A stretch of 13,552 bases of DNA from Tubiluchus corallicola (lineage: Eukaryota > Animalia > Priapulida), in contig JAQGDQ010000605.1 of the NCBI GenBank assembly GCA_030141605.1, positions 1 to 13,552 of the forward strand. Reading direction: 5' to 3'. The notes beneath the pieces are model-generated. The model was given only the letters and a program-made list of their open reading frames with translations, searched no databases and was not told the origin of the DNA. Shown piece after piece: positions 9,904-13,552 of this stretch. A program made the translations under genes and the position numbers. Numbering within the stretch: position 1 is the stretch's first letter; every line of letters begins with the position of its first letter.

Positions 9904-10079
9904 GTACAGATAACTGTGTTGTCAAAACTATAGCTGTACTCTATATTACCAATCGTGTATGATTGGTTACTAAGATTTACAATGTGGTATTGAATAGTAC
10001 AGATAACTGCGTTGTCAAAACTATAGCTGTACTCTATATTACCAATCGCGTATGATTGGTTACTAAGATTTAGAATGTG
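9904..10079. repeat. 93-bp tandem duplication (about 2 copies) near the exon 4 acceptor
   Basis: gtacagataactg(t/c)gttgtcaaaactatagc...gattggttactaagattta starts at 9904 and 9997. Confidence 0.93.
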
Positions 10080-10114
10080 CAGTGTTGCACCGTAATTCCA
10101 GCACCACTTTTATG

Positions 10115-10757
10115 TGGTAAGTCCTCGCTTAAAAACGCTAATGTGCTCCAGCAAAACGCGACTTTTAACGAAGCCAAGACTTCCATAGAAGCCAATGTAA
10201 AGAATTAAGATACGTTCCAGAAGCGAAAATCAATACTGCTTAAATCATATAAGTTAAAAATTTCATGAGTTTTATTCATATTTCTACTGATTAAATTTCT
10301 TTCTGCTTGCTTGAAACCACTTATGTACCTTACTTAACATTACCTAGCTATAGCGGTTTCTCTTTCATCAATGTTTAAGTCTAGGCAGCAGTTAAACAAT
10401 AAACAGTGCAGAGTCAAAACCAAGCCCTGAGAGTTTTATCTAGATACTTAGCATGGTTGCTATAGCAACAGGTTGCATGCATAAAGCTTGCTCACTGGTC
10501 TCACTTGATATAAACTTCTAGCATTTAGTAGTCAGTCAGGAAACAAAATGTATATAATAATTACACTGTTTACGTTACTATACGTACTGTTTTAATGTAA
10601 GAAATTATATAAAATGTTGCTGATAAAGTAAAAATTTGCCTTGAGCGAAGTAAAAAAAGTGAAACTGCGTCGTTCAATGAAAAAAAGATGTCAAATGATC
10701 GGTGACGTTAAGACGAAACGTCGCTAAATGGGACAGTCGTTAAGCGAGGAATTACTG
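10115..10757. mobile_element. Second pogo/Tigger-like MITE
   Basis: Left end tggtaagtcctcgcttaa; right end ttaagcgaggaattactg followed by TA. Subterminal (c/g)gtcg(t/c)t.a motifs near the right end and no ORF. Confidence 0.7.
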
Positions 10758-11290
10758 TACTAGGATTCCCTACAAGTGGATCCTTGCATTTTCAACATGG
10801 GAAAAGGTTTATTTTATACAGGTCTGCACAAAATAGGCTGGTAAAGTAAGTTAGGAAGTAAATACAGAAGAAAATCCATGCTAAAAGATTTGTCTATTTC
10901 TGGTAATTACTGTAGCAGCAACAACTAGCAGGCAACACTAAGCAAAATTACGGTATGAAATGCTAGAAATAACTGAGATACTTTAATATCATATCAAATT
11001 ATTATATAAAATGAAGCAAAGTTTTTGCAAGACAAGAATTTTAGCAGGATTTATTTTTGGGAAAGCTCAGTATTAACAAGGATAAAAATTTCAGACATAT
11101 TGGAACAATTGTATAAAACGTATTCATATTATTAAAACAAAATCGCAAGATGTTTCAACAATCAGTCTGTTGTCATCTCCCATTAAAAGTCTTCAAAATG
11201 TGTAGCCAACAAACCACAGATCAGAAAGTAACGACCGGTAGAAGCGCTATTACAACAATTATGCAACGTGCTCCACCACAACTCTGCAGC

Positions 11291-11550
11291 TCCGCCCACA
11301 TGCATCTTATTGTGCACAAAGCTGAATGCCTCTGAACTGTATATATTTCTCGATTCTGCATAATGGTTTGTGACACTTCAGCCATGTTATTAGTTTCTAG
11401 TTTGTTAACTACATATCTGGTCCGCCCACATGCATCTTATTGTGCACAAAGCTGAATGCCTCTGAACTGTATTCATTTCTCGATTCTGCATAATGGTTTG
11501 TGACACGTCAGCCATGTTATTAGTTTCTAGTTTGCTAATTACATATCTGG
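11291..11550. repeat. 130-bp tandem duplication (2 copies) in intron 3
   Basis: tccgcccacatgcatc...acatatctgg starts at 11291 and 11421 with few mismatches. Confidence 0.95.
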
Positions 11551-11737
11551 AACACTTACAATCGAGGATGACATTATGTTTTAATATGAATGTGTGTTAA
11601 TAATACAAATGTACCTCTATACAATCATTCCGTATCTGAAATTTCTACTATCGTTAACACGTTAGCGGGTTTTCTTGGTTTTATTGTAGAAACTACTTCA
11701 AAAAGGTCGTGGAAGCATAAATGCTGGTTTCACTTAC

Positions 11738-11873
11738 GCTACAGTCTGTCCAGTAAGTATGAAATACGGACTGTCCTAGGATGCGCTTCTCTGGTACCTG
11801 GGAAATGGCTTCTTCACTAAACTGTACAAATGTGGCTTCCAATTCGACGAGTTTTGGTGGCCTTCCATACGAC
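11738..11873 (-). CDS. TRAPPC10: TRAPPC10 coding exon 3 (SYGRPPKLVELEATFVQFSEEAISQVPEKRILGQSVFHTYWTDCS)
   Basis: Acceptor ctttcag and donor GTAAGT; 136 nt. Matches TRAPPC10 'SYGRAPK..LE..FVQF.EE...H.YWT.C'. Confidence 0.94.
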
Positions 11874-13058
11874 CTGAAAGGTTGACTAGTTTAACCCACG
11901 TTTTGGTGCTTTACAAAGAGATTCATAATTAACGATAGAAAGCAGTTTAACTGCTTATTAATACCACAATGTTCAGCCAGCAGCTAATATATTGTGACAT
12001 GGCATTAGACTACAAAACAAATGAACATTAGCAAATATTAACTGATTTCACAAAACACTGAAATAATAAAAATATTTTCACTAGAACGCTGATGTCTGCA
12101 AAACATTGAAACATTGGCAACAAAAAAAGCCCAGTTTTATTGAAAAACATGCAGGGGGTATGAAGGGGTGTAGTAGAAAAAATGGTAATATCAAAAGCAA
12201 ACACATAGAATAAGATCCTTTAGGACCACGACACTCATAAATAGGTTTTATAAGACCTATGACTGTTCTGCTACTGTATGAGCACAGACATAACCAAAGG
12301 ATTATAAATTAGGTACTGTTCTATTCAGGAGGATCTCTGCCATCCAATCAGGCTTTTTGTTTAAGCATTTGTAAGTGATTTAATTGGATAAAGTTAAGAA
12401 AAACACGCCATTTTCAGGCACTCCAGCTTAGCCTACTGAGTAGCTTAGTCTAGTATACACTTGCATGATTGTATGCAATACTTTATTGATAATCTGCTTA
12501 CTACAGCCCAAGAAAAACATCTGCTATATAGACTTCCAGGAAAAGTCAACCGATCAGTCAAGGACAAATTAAGGTCGTCTTATATTTTCTCGGATAGTTC
12601 ATATTTTCTGCATTAGCCAATAAGTGATACGATACATTGTTACAATGCAAACACTGCATTTTTTTCCTCAAAAATTAATTTCTAACTTGCCTAAGGTAAG
12701 CAAATGCATATCACATATAATTTTTAATGAAAATCCATTGTGTGAGGAGTAGATACCTACAAAATTGTCAAACATAACATAATCGTTGCTTAGTGAGAGC
12801 AGTTTTTCATCAACCCCTGCAAAATCCAGCAAATGCTTACGGTCCTGAAGGAATTAAATACAAACAGAACGGTTTACGAATTCTGCAGGTCAGAGACGTT
12901 TGTAATTGCCTATGGCTTGTCAATGGGTTGCAGGAGGTACAGAACAAGAATAATTGACTTGAATTTTCTCTAATAGCTGAATAAATGATTAGCAAGTTAA
13001 AAAATGTGCTTCCACCTGGTGGGGGCAGCAAGTAAGCAAGTAGTAAGTTAAAAAATAC

Positions 13059-13140
13059 CGGCGCCATTCAACGTGTTCTCTTGGCAGAGCGCCAACAAGT
13101 CCTGCTTGAAGAGCGGCAAACAATGGAAAATCACCAAAAT
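13059..13140 (-). CDS. TRAPPC10: TRAPPC10 coding exon 2 (YFGDFPLFAALQAGLVGALPREHVEWRR)
   Basis: Acceptor ctttcag and donor gtattt; 82 nt. 'LPRE.VEWRR' matches the TRAPPC10 'LPREPMEWRR' motif. Confidence 0.92.
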
Positions 13141-13334
13141 CTGAAAGATGTTAACAAACTGATAAAACGGTAATGCTACAAAATTTCAGCAAAAAATCTT
13201 GCATTACAACATTTCAATAACATTTGCAATTATTCGAAACAATGCCGCAACAAGCAGCTAATGCTATGTAATAGAAGCAAACAGACTACCAGCAGTATTG
13301 ACTCTTGTTTGTGAAAATGTTAATTAGTACTTAC

Positions 13335-13371
13335 ATGTGACGACAGGCTTACTGTCGGTCATTGAAGACAT
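13335..13371 (-). CDS. TRAPPC10: TRAPPC10 coding exon 1 (MSSMTDSKPVVT, phase-1 end)
   Basis: ATG at 13371-13369 and a GTAAGT donor at 13334-13329. The peptide resembles the TRAPPC10 N-terminal 'KPIVT' motif and joins exon 2 in frame. A second in-frame ATG 9 nt downstream could be the start. Confidence 0.82.
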
Positions 13372-13379
13372 GCTTTTAT

Positions 13380-13389
13380 ATCACGTGAT
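13380..13389. promoter_or_regulatory. Palindromic E-box/CLEAR-like site ATCACGTGAT just upstream of the start codon
   Basis: The TCACGTGA core lies about 10 nt 5' of the ATG. This is a motif match only. Confidence 0.25.
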
Positions 13390-13552
13390 TTGATTGTGCC
13401 CAAGTCTAACTAGACTGTAATATAACTGCTTTGTAAGCTCATTTGTATACTTACATTCAAACACTGAAATAACAGAAAAGGCTTCATTATTTATATATAT
13501 TAAAACTAAATTTGTTTGAAACATTCTTGAGTATCATGTTATCATTTGTCAC

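Noticed and set aside
6850-11820. Plus-strand ORFs at 6850, 8158, 9687, 11150 and 11590
   Set aside because: They are antisense shadows of TRAPPC10 exons or short intronic ORFs with no recognisable motifs.
12837-13067. 76-aa minus-strand ORF and a weak 52-bp spaced repeat (aagttaaaaaat)
   Set aside because: Intron 2 sequence in a different frame from exon 2. The repeat is too short and degenerate to interpret.

Overview
AT-rich eukaryotic (metazoan, probably invertebrate) genomic DNA, not prokaryotic. The minus strand carries the 5' part of a TRAPPC10 (TMEM1/Trs130, TRAPPII subunit) gene. Eight coding exons with GT-AG boundaries join in frame to 1158 nt (386 aa), from ATG at 13371 to 3810, and the gene appears to continue past the left edge. 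The introns are full of repeats. Intron 8 holds a >3.6 kb layered minisatellite with 27/38/50-bp units and a 291/341-bp higher-order repeat. There are two Tc1/mariner-pogo-like MITEs, one with an internal 33-bp x8 array, and several tandem duplications. A 43-bp duplication copies the exon 8 splice acceptor. The most striking feature is that almost all of intron 4 is a ~1 kb/500 bp/~1 kb inverted repeat. The outer half of each arm is a 5S rRNA-headed SINE with an RTE-LINE-derived body and tail, facing outward. Both copies share the same truncation, deletion and junction. Most ORFs in the supplied track are artefacts of the repeats.
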